Part shown: piece after piece, positions 1 through 13,209 of the stretch
Position numbering within the stretch: the stretch's first letter is position 1
Layout of the letters: each line of letters opens with the position of its first letter
NCBI GenBank assembly: GCA_963920595.1
Contig: OY986946.1
Span: 310,001-374,000 of the forward strand
Length of the DNA stretch: 64,000 nucleotides
Reading direction: 5' to 3'
From: Eimeria praecox
Lineage: Eukaryota
Notes under the pieces: generated by a model
Database searches by the model: none
The model's input: the letters and a program-made list of their open reading frames with translations, nothing else
Told to the model about the DNA's origin: nothing
Program-made: the position numbers and the translations under genes

Positions 1-479
1 GGAGACTATTGCCATCGTACGTGCGAAAGCATTCACGACCTCCAGTCGGTCAACAAGCAACTAGCAATAGGGCAAGGCGGAGCAGGGCCATGCCACAAAT
101 GCAAACCGTTCTGAGGCAGTCGGGATGTGTCCAGGCAGGCATTGATATCTAGACTGTGGTTGCCTCTTTAACAGGTTCGGCTGCAGCCTTCCTGAGTTGC
201 TGTAGTACAGCAAAAAGGCAAAGCATGGCTATTTGCTTGTTGGCTCAGTGCTTCGCGACCGCAAGCAGCGTGCGTTTGCAAGAAGTGGTGACATGCGGCT
301 CTCTTTGTTGCATAAAGGTCTCTTTTGATTTAGTATTTCATATATAAGGACGTACATCCTGCGTTGACCAAGCACAGGAGGAACCAGATTCGTCCTGTGA
401 TGCCGCGCCTCAGCCTCCGGGGCAGTATGCCCACGTAAGCTTCCCCGACGGTTTTCGTTGATGAACCTATAACACGATA

Positions 480-1340
480 TATATTGGTGGCCGTCGTGCT
501 CTTCCCAAACATCCACCAGAATTAGCCCAGACACGTGATGCGACGCCCCACGCTGCTCAGCACTTCCCACTCGTGCTGGTTGGGAAACGTAAGCGGCCGT
601 GCTTCGCTTTCCTTACAAAGCACAACATAACAACGATTGACACTCAGATATATCAGGCAAACCTGAGAGCGTACAGGCTAGACAAGTGATGCCGTTGTCA
701 CCACAACAAGTTTCCATGTTGCAAGGTGAACAATGCGTCAACTAAGAGCATTGCAGCACCATTCTTCCAATACCAAAACTACTGGGACGAACGTCCAAGG
801 ATGCCGAATTTGCTGCAGACGCAATTCCATCAGGTGCCCATTCACGGTGAACCCCATTACGGAGAGCCCGACCTATTTTGCGTCACATTGTCTCTCGGGA
901 AGGCTCCCCCATACAATACGTATTTGCAGCGAATTTCACGTAGGTCCAACGTTCAAGAGGGCTGGATATTCACAGCTCGTTCAAAGAAGGCTGGCTAGTC
1001 ATGGCCCTCTAAGACGTTCAGTCATGTTTGTTTGGGAGGGCGGGAGACGTTCGACGGTGGCAGCTTACAGACTATGTCAAATACGGATGAACTAGTTTTG
1101 CGGTCTCAGTCCAGCACCGTATGGTGCACTACGCCATCGGAGCAACTGTGTCGTACAGATGAGAACCAAGACCAGGCTGCTTCCGTACAGAGAGAGGCAT
1201 GAATGCCTTGCCTGGTTCCGGGCTAAGCAGGCGCAGAGTCGCTTTAACTCCGGTATTGTTGCACAGTATTCATGGCCATACGAAGCAGGTGACTGGATCG
1301 CAACGCAGTTCTCCACCAGCGTACTATGCAACGCGCTTTG
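480..1340 (+). mobile_element. Possible highly decayed Ty3/gypsy (chromovirus-like) integrase remnant
   Basis: Manual translation across stops and frameshifts gives integrase-like motifs in the expected order: YWWP (~485), TTSFH...TMRQLRAL (~700-755), QNYWDE / AEFA (~775-815), EFHVG...GPLRR...VAAYRL (GPY/F-like, ~930-1075), and a weak chromodomain-like YSWPYEAGDW (~1265-1295). Spacing is shorter than in intact elements. No LTR or RT seen. Confidence 0.4.
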
Positions 1341-1379
1341 GTGAGCGTCGCCCTTGCCACTCGTGCCTATTACTCCGCA

Positions 1380-1860
1380 TGCACTACCCTACCGAATTCC
1401 TGCAGCACCTTCCAATGAAAGGCGCTGTCTGGTAAATTAACGCCAGAGCGTCTGATCAGAGTGGGCTTAGAATGCTGGGGAAACTCCAAGCCTAAGGTGA
1501 TGGATTCCTGGGATCTCTTGAATGTGCACGTTTCCCCATAGAATCGCGCCTCCATCTGAAAGCACATGGCTGTGTGCGAACAGACTGCGCGCAAGGTGTC
1601 ATGCCTGAGGGAATAGATGCTTGGCCCAGTTAAATTCCCTGATGATGGCTGAGAGCTCTTGCTCATATTGCTCTTTGCAGCCATCTGAGTCAGTCTACCA
1701 TGCCTGCATACTGGCTGAACAGTAGAGCAAGGGATAGCAAAGGAAACGATTGCAACGCCGCGGCTGAGCGGGCGAGCGCATGCCCAGCATATATCTTTGG
1801 TGTAGGAAAGGCGGCCTTCAACAGGTTTTGCGTACTGCACACTGCACAGAGTCACAGCGC
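1380..1860 (-). pseudogene. Degenerate SAG-like domain unit (ancient repeat family member)
   Basis: GCATACTGGCTG at 1706. Minus strand shows a GTGTGCAG acceptor (~1835), then TQNLLKAAF, SFAIPCSTVQPV, EQELSAIIREFN, HLARS and HWK across frameshifts. DNA similarity to 11200-11615 (ACTGCGCGCAAGGT, CCTTCCAATG). Confidence 0.5.
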
Positions 1861-2010
1861 GTTCATCGCCAAACACCGCACAACGTAGCTGCCTCCGCGA
1901 GTTGAAAGGCCGATGGCATGTCAAAGCTTCCAACGCATGCGAAACTCAATGCGCAAGGAGAACCGCTTACCACCCGGCATAGGGTAGTAGTTGTAGGTGC
2001 TGCAAAACCG

Positions 2011-2048
2011 TGACAGCGGAGATAGGCAATGACAGCGAAGATAAGCAA
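2011..2048. repeat. 19-bp tandem duplication
   Basis: TGACAGCGGAGATAGGCAA followed by TGACAGCGAAGATAAGCAA. Confidence 0.85.
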
Positions 2049-2631
2049 ACAGCTGCGTAATCGTGGCAGACTCACCGACTGCATTCAAATGAAAGCCAAG
2101 CATTCTGGCAGATCCCATAAAGCCATATGCTGGCCGCAAACTACACGGTGCACGTGCATGCAGGCAAGCGCAAATACACCAGCCGCCCGGACCAAACAGG
2201 TCCCCGCACCTCGTCCACCACACGCCCGGATCTCAGGGCAATCGGATTCACCTCGCCTGTCTTGTATCGTACCGCATACACATTAACGTTCCCCTGCCCG
2301 TCGCAGCTAGGAATGGCAGAACCTGTCTGGCCGCGGCAAAAAGCCTCAAGGCGGATCCGGTGCTCTGGGTTTCCAATCAACGCAGCGAGTAGGCCCACAT
2401 ATACAAAGTAAAAAATCAAAAATGCGTTTTATTGGATAGGGATATCCACATGTCGAACCTTTATGTCAGGCTAGGGGTTGTGTTTTAACGCCAGTTCTTA
2501 ATCTGCTGTGTCGCCCGACTTTATCAACGCCGGACAAGAGCAGAACCAGCGTCAAGCGATTGCATGCCTCTCCTCCGTTCGCTTGCTGCCTTTTACAGGC
2601 TCATATGCATGTAAATGCAGACGTTCATCCG

Positions 2632-2685
2632 GGCTTGCGCAAGGCACAAGGCAGCATGCGGCTTGCGCAAGGCACAAGGCAGCAT
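2632..2685. repeat. 28-bp tandem duplication
   Basis: GGCTTGCGCAAGGCACAAGGCAGCAT occurs twice at a 28-bp period. Confidence 0.95.
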
Positions 2686-3429
2686 TTTATCTATAAAAAA
2701 GCCTCAGTCCTCATGCTTGCCCTCAGCAAGCCTCGAAGCCGCTGCTCATAATATTTTCTGCTGGTTGCCTCCGCGCACCTCCCCTACTGCCAATACATAC
2801 GTCCTGGGAAGGGGTGCATGCAGCTGCAAGAAGAAAAGATGGCACTACGCACCTACAAATGCAGGCAAATTAACTGCATTCTCATTCGTTTTCCATAGCG
2901 TATATGCCAAGCCCAAATTTGCAAGGGTAAAGAATCAGCGAAGCACCTAGCCCTGGTAGGTGCCTATGCTGAGGCGTTCCATGGGAGGCCGGTGACATAC
3001 GGCATGGGTCTAATGCATGAGAAACGATGCTCATCCACTGCATTTGGCCGCTCCCCCTGAGACTCAGGCAATCACGTGTAAGCGCTTTCCAGATTTCAGC
3101 TGCAAAACAGCAACTCCGGACGCCAGCAACACACGAACTATAAGCAGCTGCTGGCGAGCAAGCATTATGCCCATCCCGTCCATACTACCGAGTCATGCGT
3201 CTGTCTCTGGTACATGCTGCAAGCTCAGCCAGACCGGCATGCTCATGCACATCAATCGTATCAACCGGGCTGCCGCCGCACCTTGCCTCCGCATGCCCGG
3301 ATATGGGGAACCTCATTCTGACCGCGTTGAGGATGTACGAAATCCCAGGGGCAGTGCCTCAGCCAATGACGGCTGAAGCACGTAGTGCCAGTGACTGTTC
3401 CGCAAGTGCAGGCCGAACCAAAGGATCAA

Positions 3430-3720
3430 GTACCTAAAGAATACCAAAGCCTTGCCAAAACGAAGTGATTCTTCGTTGTTTTGGAATGCTTACCCCTTCG
3501 TTTGTAAGAACGTATACATGTGAAAGGACCGCTGCGCCTGCCCTTACAATCATCGCACGATCGCATGCGCGTTGGGAAGCGGCCCGCACCAAATGAGTGC
3601 CCTCATCATGTGCCACAATCGCTGCTTGCAGTGCTTCGTGCAACCCTAAGAGCACGGCCGCTTTAGGTATTTGCATACTGGCTGGGCAAAACGCTCAATG
3701 TCAAACAATATCATCATGCC
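3430..3720 (-). pseudogene. Degenerate SAG-like domain unit, cut off by the AT satellite
   Basis: GCATACTGGCTG at 3673. Minus strand reads RFAQPV, then HEALQAAIVAHD...ACDRA, which aligns by eye with VEAFKAIIMRMD...ASDRS at ~11500. Confidence 0.45.
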
Positions 3721-3769
3721 GCACATTTAGGCCTGCGGGCATGAACACCATATATACGTTTGATTGAGC

Positions 3770-3770
<1 letters not shown>

Positions 3771-3850
<80 letters not shown>
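3771..3850. repeat. (TA)24(GA)16 compound microsatellite
   Basis: Read directly from the sequence. Confidence 0.97.
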
Positions 3851-3852
<2 letters not shown>

Positions 3853-5989
3853 CACATATACAGATATATAGATATATACATATATAGATATATAGATATA
3901 TAGATATATAAATATATAGATATATAGATATACAGATATATAGATATATAGATATATAGATATATAGATATATAGATATATAGATATATAGATATATAGA
4001 TATATAGATATATAGATATATAGATATATAGATATATAGATATATAGATATATAGATACATATATATATAGATATATAGATATATAGATATATAGATATA
4101 TAGATATATAGATATATAGATATAGAGATATATAGATATATAGATATATAGATATATAGTTATATAGATATATAGATATATAGATATTTAGATATATAGA
4201 TATATAGATATATAGATATATAGATATATAGACATATAGATACATAGATATATAGATATATAGACATATAGATATATAGATATATAGATATATAGATATA
4301 TAGATATATAGATATATAGATATATAGATATATAGTATATATATATAGATTATAGATATATAGATATATAGATATATAGATATATAGATATATAGATATA
4401 TAGATATATAGATATATAGATATATAGATATATAGATATATAGATATATAGATATATAGATATATAGATATATAGATATATAGATATATAGATATATAGA
4501 TTATATATCTATATATCTATATATCTATATATCTATATATCTACTTAGATATGTAGATATATAGATATATAGATATATAGATATATAGATATATAGATAT
4601 ATAGATATATAGATATATAGACATATAGATATGTAGATATATAGATATATAGATATATAGATATATAGATATATAGATATATAGATATATAGATATATAG
4701 ATATATAGATATATAGATATATAGATATATAGATATATAGATATATAGATATATAGATATATAGATACATAGATATATAGATATATAGATATATAGATAT
4801 ATAGATATATAGTTATATAGATATATAGATATATAGATATATAGATATTTAGATATATAGATATATAGGTATATAGATATATAGATATATAGACATATAG
4901 ATACATTGATATATAGACATATAGATATATAGATATATAGATATATAGATATATAGATATATAGATATATAGATATATAGATATATAGATACATAGATAT
5001 ATAGATATATAGACATATAGATATATAGATATATAGATATATAGATATATAGATATATAGATATATAGATATATAGATATATAGATATATAGATATATAG
5101 ATATATAGATATATAGATATATAAATATATAGATATATAGATATATAGATATATAGATATATAGATATATAGATATATAGATATACAGATATACAGATAT
5201 ATAGATATATAGATATATAGATATATAGATATATAGATATATAGATATATAGATATATAGATATATAGATATATAGATATATAGATATATAGATACATAG
5301 ATATATAGATATATAGATATATAGATATATAGATATATAGATATATAGATATAGAGATATATAGATATATAGATATATATCTATATAGTTATATAGATAT
5401 ATAGATATATAGATATATAGATATTTAGATATATAGATATATAGATATATAGATATATAGATATATAGACATACAGATACATAGATATATAGATATATAG
5501 ATATATAGATATATAGATATATAGATATATAGATATATAGATATATAGATATATAGATATATAGATATATAGATATATAGATATATAGATATATAGATAT
5601 ATAGATATATAGATATATAGATATATAGATATATAGATTATATATCTATATATCTATATATCTACATATCTATATATCTACTTAGATATGTAGATATATA
5701 GATATATAGATATATAGATATATAGATATATAGATATATAGATATATAGATATATAGATATATAGATATGTAGATATATAGATATATAGATATATAGATA
5801 TATAGATATATAGATATATAGATATATAGATATATAGATATATAGATATATAGATATATAGATATATAGATATATAGATATATAGATATATAGATATATA
5901 GATATATAGATATATAGATATATAGATATATAGATATATAGATATATAGATATATAGATATATAGATATATAGATATATAGATATGCAG

Positions 5990-5990
<1 letters not shown>
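3851..5990. repeat. (GATATATA)n 8-mer satellite with variants and two short inverted tracts
   Basis: About 2.1 kb at an 8-bp period. Variants include GATACATA, GACATATA, GTTATATA and GATATTTA. Inverted (TATATCTA)n tracts at ~4502-4543 and ~5639-5680. Confidence 0.97.
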
Positions 5991-5994
<4 letters not shown>

Positions 5995-6034
<40 letters not shown>

Positions 6035-6126
6035 TAGATAGATAGATAGATAGATATAGATATAGATATAGATATAGATATAGATATAGATATAGATATA
6101 TAGATATAGATATAGATATAGATATA
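5995..6126. repeat. Transition zone (TA)n-(GATA)n-(GATATA)n
   Basis: Read directly from the sequence. Confidence 0.93.
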
Positions 6127-7680
6127 GATTATAGATTATAGATTATAGATTATAGATTATAGATTATAGATTATAGATTATAGATTATAGATTATAGATT
6201 ATAGATTATAGATTATAGATTATAGATTATAGATTATAGATTATAGATTATAGATTATAGATTATAGATTATAGATTATAGATTATAGATTATAGATTAT
6301 AGATTATAGATTATAGATTATAGATTATAGATTATAGATTATAGATTATAGATTATAGATTATAGATTATAGATTATAGATTATAGATTATAGATTATAG
6401 ATTATAGATTATAGATTATAGATTATAGATTATAGATTATAGATTATAGATTATAGATTATAGATTATAGATTATAGATTATAGATTATAGATTATAGAT
6501 TATAGATTATAGATTATAGATTATAGATTATAGATTATAGATTATAGATTATAGATTATAGATTATAGATTATAGATTATAGATTATAGATTATAGATTA
6601 TAGATTATAGATTATAGATTATAGATTATAGATTATAGATTATAGATTATAGATTATAGATTATAGATTATAGATTATAGATTATAGATTATAGATTATA
6701 GATTATAGATTATAGATTATAGATTATAGATTATAGATTATAGATTATAGATTATAGATTATAGATTATAGATTATAGATTATAGATTATAGATTATAGA
6801 TTATAGATTATAGATTATAGATTATAGATTATAGATTATAGATTATAGATTATAGATTATAGATTATAGATTATAGATTATAGATTATAGATTATAGATT
6901 ATAGATTATAGATTATAGATTATAGATTATAGATTATAGATTATAGATTATAGATTATAGATTATAGATTATAGATTATAGATTATAGATTATGGATTAT
7001 AGATTATAGATTATAGATTATAGATTATAGATTATAGATTATAGATTATAGATTATAGATTATAGATTATAGATTATAGATTATAGATTATAGATTATAG
7101 ATTATAGATTATAGATTATAGATTATAGATTATAGATTATAGATTATAGATTATAGATTATAGATTATAGATTATAGATTATAGATTATAGATTATAGAT
7201 TATAGATTATAGATTATAGATTATAGATTATAGATTATAGATTATAGATTATAGATTATAGATTATAGATTATAGATTATAGATTATAGATTATAGATTA
7301 TAGATTATAGATTATAGATTATAGATTATAGATTATAGATTATAGATTATAGATTATAGATTATAGATTATAGATTATAGATTATAGATTATAGATTATA
7401 GATTATAGATTATAGATTATAGATTATAGATTATAGATTATAGATTATAGATTATAGATTATAGATTATAGATTATAGATTATAGATTATAGATTATAGA
7501 TTATAGATTATAGATTATAGATTATAGATTATAGATTATAGATTATAGATTATAGATTATAGATTATAGATTATAGATTATAGATTATAGATTATAGATT
7601 ATAGATTATAGATTATAGATTATAGATTATAGATTATAGATTATAGATTATAGATTATAGATTATAGATTATAGATTATA
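6127..7680. repeat. (GATTATA)n 7-mer satellite, ~222 copies
   Basis: Almost perfect 7-bp period; one A>G variant noticed near 6994. Confidence 0.97.
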
Positions 7681-8879
7681 GATATAGGTATAGATATAGA
7701 TATAGATATAGATATAGATATAGATATAGATATAGATATAGATATAGATATAGATATAGATATAGATATAGATATAGATATAGATATAGATATAGATATA
7801 GATATAGATATAGATATAGATATAGATATAGATATAGATATAGATATAGATATAGATATAGATATAGATATAGATATAGATATAGATATAGATATAGATA
7901 TAGATATAGATATAGATATAGATATAGATATAGATATAGATATAGATATAGATATAGATATAGATATAGATATAGATATAGATATAGATATAGATATAGA
8001 TATAGATATAGATATAGATATAGATATAGATATAGATATAGATATAGATATAGATATAGATATAGATATAGATATAGATATAGATATAGATATAGATATA
8101 GATATAGATATAGATATAGATATAGATATAGATATAGATATAGATATAGATATAGATATAGATATAGATATAGATATAGATATAGATATAGATATAGATA
8201 TAGATATAGATATAGATATAGATATAGATATAGATATAGATATAGATATAGATATAGATATAGATATAGATATAGATATAGATATAGATATAGATATAGA
8301 TATAGATATAGATATAGATATAGATATAGATATAGATATAGATATAGATATAGATATAGATATAGATATAGATATAGATATAGATATAGATATAGATATA
8401 GATATAGATATAGATATAGATATAGATATAGATATAGATATAGATATAGATATAGATATAGATATAGATATAGATATAGATATAGATATAGATATAGATA
8501 TAGATATAGATATAGATATAGATATAGATATAGATATAGATATAGATATAGATATAGATATAGATATAGATATAGATATAGATATAGATATAGATATAGA
8601 TATAGATATAGATATAGATATAGATATAGATATAGATATAGATATAGATATAGATATAGATATAGATATAGATATAGATATAGATATAGATATAGATATA
8701 GATATAGATATAGATATAGATATAGATATAGATATAGATATAGATATAGATATAGATATAGATATAGATATAGATATAGATATAGATATAGATATAGATA
8801 TAGATATAGATATAGATATATAGATATAGATATAGATATAGATATAGATATAGATATAGATACAGATATAGATATATAG
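7681..8879. repeat. (GATATA)n hexamer satellite, ~200 copies
   Basis: Almost perfect 6-bp period; variants only near the edges. Confidence 0.97.
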
Positions 8880-9602
8880 CCGTGACGGCACCGCAGGTAG
8901 TCCAACCCCCCAACTTGGTAGCCAACAACAGCAAGACGCAGTTCGCTGCTTTTGTTGAAAGGCGCGCAAGACGAGGATATACGTTCCAGGTATGATAAAC
9001 GGCATGAATGGGCTGAGTTGTGAGTCCCTGCCTACGCCAGGAATATCACAGCTCGACAAAAAATGAATAGCGCACTTTTACATTGCAGCCGGCCCACATA
9101 GGCACTCGATTCAATCATGCTGGGTAAGCGTTGAAGCACTTACATGTCAAGTAGTTTTCCAGATTCCACACCGTAGAACTGAGTATGTAAATATATGGCT
9201 ATACCTAAAGTTAGTTTTGCTAGGATTAACCAGTACTCATGCTACTAGCATTACCAACCCACCTCAACTAGTAGTGTAGCAATTAGCAAAATTGCTCTAA
9301 AGACAGTGGCCTACCGCATCTCACGCTTCGCTCGTTCCGGAACTGAAAAGGAATCCATGCCTGCCGCTGCGGCCGTGTGAGGTCCTGGCTAAACAAATGA
9401 TGCAAACCGCTCGTAGTAGCCGAGCTTGTCCAACAAAACTAGACCGAGGCGCTATGCCACCTCGCTTTTTAAATACTCAGGGATCGCCCTTTCAGGGCGA
9501 AACAGTTCCTCGTTGGTCCGCCTCGTGCGCATTTCTTTCCGAATGTCCCCATGCATCTAAGTCCACACAAGTTTTTGCATGCAAAAGGCTTGCAGCACAG
9601 AC

Positions 9603-9610
9603 TGCATGCA
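9603..9610. promoter_or_regulatory. TGCATGCA palindromic octamer (example site)
   Basis: Also present near 2155, 2815, 13648, 42105 and 47941. This octamer is known to be over-represented in Eimeria and is an ApiAP2-type motif in apicomplexans. Function at these sites is not shown. Confidence 0.35.
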
Positions 9611-9879
9611 AAATAGTGGCTCCCACAAACTGCATGTCAGCTTGTTTCACTTTTGCTCCCTAGAATGCATCTGGCAGTCCCCTGATTACTGTGTGTATGC
9701 TTGTTGCTTCGCAGAGCGCTTCGTGCAACTGATGAAGGGGTAATAACACCTGGAATACTGACAAAATGCGCTGCTACCGCGAAAAAAATTCTCGTTGCTC
9801 CTACGGATGCGCCTTTCTTTCCAATGCTTTTCATGCATCTTGCCTTTTCACTTCACGCACGGTGGCATGCACGTAGAAC

Positions 9880-11650
9880 AACAATTGGACCAGATGCATG
9901 TCCTCAGCCCGTCTTGCATTCAGCCCTTGCGTTGCTGCTGACATCTGCTCTCCTGTCTAATATCTGCCTAACTATTATTTCGACTGTTTGCATACTTGCT
10001 GGGTTAAACGAGCAAACCGTTGCAAACGACGAAGGCGCCGTCGCACTGCGTGGGAAGATGAATGCTTGAGGTGAGTACGCCTTCGGTGAGTAATATGCGC
10101 TCTATGAAACCCTCGGCTAAGGGAGGCGAAAAATCTCTTAGCCCCCCCACGTGTTGATCGCCGACAACACGACTGAGGGCCGTTCTCTGTTGACGCATTC
10201 ATGATATTTGCACAGCGAAGGGTTAAAGAAAGTACCAAACGGCCGACACTGTACCCTGCCCCTATGGCTGTGGCTATTATGGCTACTCGCTAAAACGCCG
10301 TCTCCCGCGAGTCGCACAGCTGGGCCAAAAGGAAACCCCATACCTGTTACACGCATTAGAGAGCCAAATATTTCCGCTGATATCAGGCGAAGCACCCACT
10401 GCACCCTCCTTCACTTCTGAGTGGAAAGGTAGTGCCTAATCCGATGAAATGAAAAGCGTTTAATGGATGTTCCTTTCCTAAAAATGCAGATCGAAGGGCA
10501 TGTGGGGCGTCCCCAGAAGAACACCAAATCCGTGCGCCATCGTGAGGGAACGTTTCCCCGTTGCGTCTGTTCCCGTTAATAAGAAATACAAGTCTGACCA
10601 CACAGAGTCGCTGTTGGCAGTGCTCGTTGCCCACTTCTGAGGACCTCTACAACCGCCACTCTAAATAGATGGCATACTTGCTGAGCAGAGCAGTTCGCAG
10701 TCCTCAACAGCATGGAGATTGCATGTGGAAAATGTGTCGCCACACCACACCTGTTGATAGGCACGAATGAACTGTATACCCGCCTACTGTAAGCAGCATG
10801 CATTTTCGTGACAGCTCCGTTAAGGAAAATGCATTCAATCCATCTCGCCATTGGCAGCTGAAAGCAGCGCGGTGTGGTCAGTGTCGATTCAGAATTTCAG
10901 CGCTATAAAGGATTTTGCGGGATCCTGCGCGCACGTGTAGAACTCTACCGTTTTTCCCGATGCTCTGGCCTATTACCTGTAGGTGCTAGAAACCTTTACA
11001 GCGAAGCGAGCAACTTGATGGAATATCACTACCACACCGCTTGCGCTTATCCAGACACCAAACATATTTAGCGACTCCAAATGTAGAATATCCCTATTAC
11101 ACTACATGTTCGTTTAGGACGGTGCAAGCAGAGCAGTCGTCCGGGCCGTATCCTGCACTCTGCGTCTTGCGAAACGCACATCCCGTTCTTGGGTAATTCC
11201 ACATTTTCCAATCCTGCCTTGTACGAGCAATGCAGAGTATGCATTACCCAGTATGTAAAACAGCTTGCAACGACTGCTCGGCGAATGCCTATCGGGGCGC
11301 CGCAAACTCTTGCCACAATGGCATCGACAGAGGCACACTGCCATGGCGCAACCCTTCCGTGCATCCTTCCAATGTCCACAGTTCCGTCCATAAGCGGATA
11401 TTCGATCTGAGCGCAGAACGTTATCTGCATTCGCACTGCGCGCAAGGTCAGTGCTCGCTTCACAGTAGCTGCGATCAGACGCCCTCTTGCAGCATTCGTC
11501 ACAGTCCATGCGCATAATGATGGCCTTAAACGCCTCCACAATAATCAGTCTCAACCATGTGCATACTTGCTGAACAGAACAGCTTGCGATTGCAAATGAA
11601 GGCGTTTCTACGCCGTGTCTTTATATAAAATCAAGTAATCTGCACGTCAT
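9880..11650 (-). pseudogene. Three consecutive degenerate SAG-like domain units
   Basis: GCATACTTGCTG at 9990, 10672 and 11561. Minus-strand peptides: LTQQV...GEQMSAATQGLN; ANCSAQQVCHLFRVAVVEVLRS; and SFAIASCSVQQVCTWLRLIIVEAFKAIIMRMD...SDRSYCEASTDLARS...GHWKDA (the last is open through ORF 11114-11554). Confidence 0.5.
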
Positions 11651-13209
11651 TCCAATGCACATAATGCAGATTCCAGGCAGCGTCGCCTTCGGAGAGTGCA
11701 CGCAGTCCATGTTGCTCTCATGTTGACCTCCAAGGACAGCGCAAAGCAACTCTCTCCGATGCGGTTCTGTCAGTAATCGTTCTTAGTTGAGAGGTGCGCA
11801 CGTTGCGAAGTTATTTGTAATGCACAGGTGACAGCACGCAAGCTTAGAAGGCTGGACGGTTCCGCATAGCACGCTTAAGAGGTCCTGTGCTATCAGTAGC
11901 CGCTGTCTCACTTTCAGGTGCACGCAAGCGAGCGTCTTACTCAGTCCTCTCTTAGTGAGAGGAGGACCGTCAGCCTAACAGCCGAGGCACACATAGCTGA
12001 CCGTCCAGACATAACGGTGCTTTTACTGTAAAACCTGCGTATACAAATGCCTCTTCTGCACACTATTTCCAACGCAGGCCTTGCGCAGCATCAGGCAACT
12101 GCACACTGCCTAATGAATGCTTATATTGGCTTCTACAGAATACAAAGTATGTTTGCTGATTTGAAGGCTTTGCTTTAATCGCCGCCTCATGCATGGAGCA
12201 CAGCATCCTACTCTGTTTTCAGTAGGGCCTGCGTACTAGCTGGAGCTGGTAGCACACAAAGTCAGGCCGCAAATGCGGGCTGCAAGATGGGGAAGATACC
12301 CAGTATCCATGCTGCCTGGGGGATCTTCCTTTTGTATGGGATTATGAGCCACGCGTTTTCCCACGTCCTTCTGTATAATCACGCCTCTTCCGTAGCCCAA
12401 AGCTCACAGGGCGCTACCAGCGCAGAGAATGGATAACAGGGGATATGCGCGGCATTTTGACTAAGTCAATCATGTCTTTTGCAGATCTATTCACCGCGTA
12501 CTGCGCACAATATCCTGTGCGCAGGTCTTCCAAACAGCACATCCCGTGGCTCACGATGCCTTGCAGAAGCAAGCCGGCATCATACTCTCCCCTGGCCTAG
12601 TGACAAAGATAGCTAGAGGCTTGCTGCCCATTCAGGCTCGACAGCACATCCAGAGCGACAGGTACCTTTCTTTAACAAACTCCAATGGGGAAATACATTC
12701 GCTCCTGTGCAGCCTTTCTATTGCAGGCTTCGCGCGTCACTAGGCGCCTGCACGCACTCGTATTAAACGACTATATGTACATATAAACCCGATATAATAT
12801 ATTTGGTGCTTCAGTGGCCTCTAACGCGGCCGCGATCATCGCCGCCGCGATGGAGGGTTCACAATTTGCCGGTCAGCCGTTCTAGCTGTCTCTTCTGCTC
12901 TTACTCAGTATCCTTGCAAGAGTGAAACGGCGCCTCGGCCCCGGTGCTACAACACACGGAAGAGAGCAGTTGCCGTGCTGCTGCCTCCAGCTGTTGATAG
13001 CAAAAGGTTGCGACCATCATAAAATGCCTCTTCACTACAACGCAAATGTTCAAAGCCAGCTTCTGAATATACCCCTGAACGCGATTGCGCAAGCGATTCC
13101 CTAGTACCAAGCCAATGAGCTTCGATATACTCCAGTTTGGGCTGAATATTTGAATTCAAGCTTCTGCTATGAAGACCCCACTACCAAGCAGAAGTACTGA
13201 ATCGTATGC

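Noticed and set aside
1706..1717. Conserved 12-mer as a 5' splice donor (minus strand ...CA|GTATGC, GTGAGC, GTAAGG) or a protein-binding box
   Set aside because: Not fully excluded. However, peptide similarity continues in frame past the GT (QQVCTWLRLIIVEAF; QQVCHLFRVAVVEVL) and one copy has AT (Ile), so a conserved Q-P/Q-V codon run is the simpler explanation.
1863..2084. ORF with LLIFAVIAYLRC resembling a TM/signal exon
   Set aside because: The hydrophobic stretch is generated by the 19-bp tandem duplication; there is no ATG start or RRL motif.
3714..9059. Long YI/IS/YL-repeat ORFs (up to 465 aa)
   Set aside because: Translations of stop-free microsatellite frames, not genes.
12825..12849. 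GC-rich imperfect inverted repeat CGCGGCCGCGAT-C-ATCGCCGCCGCG beside an AT-rich patch
   Set aside because: Single short occurrence with no associated gene or element; may be chance.
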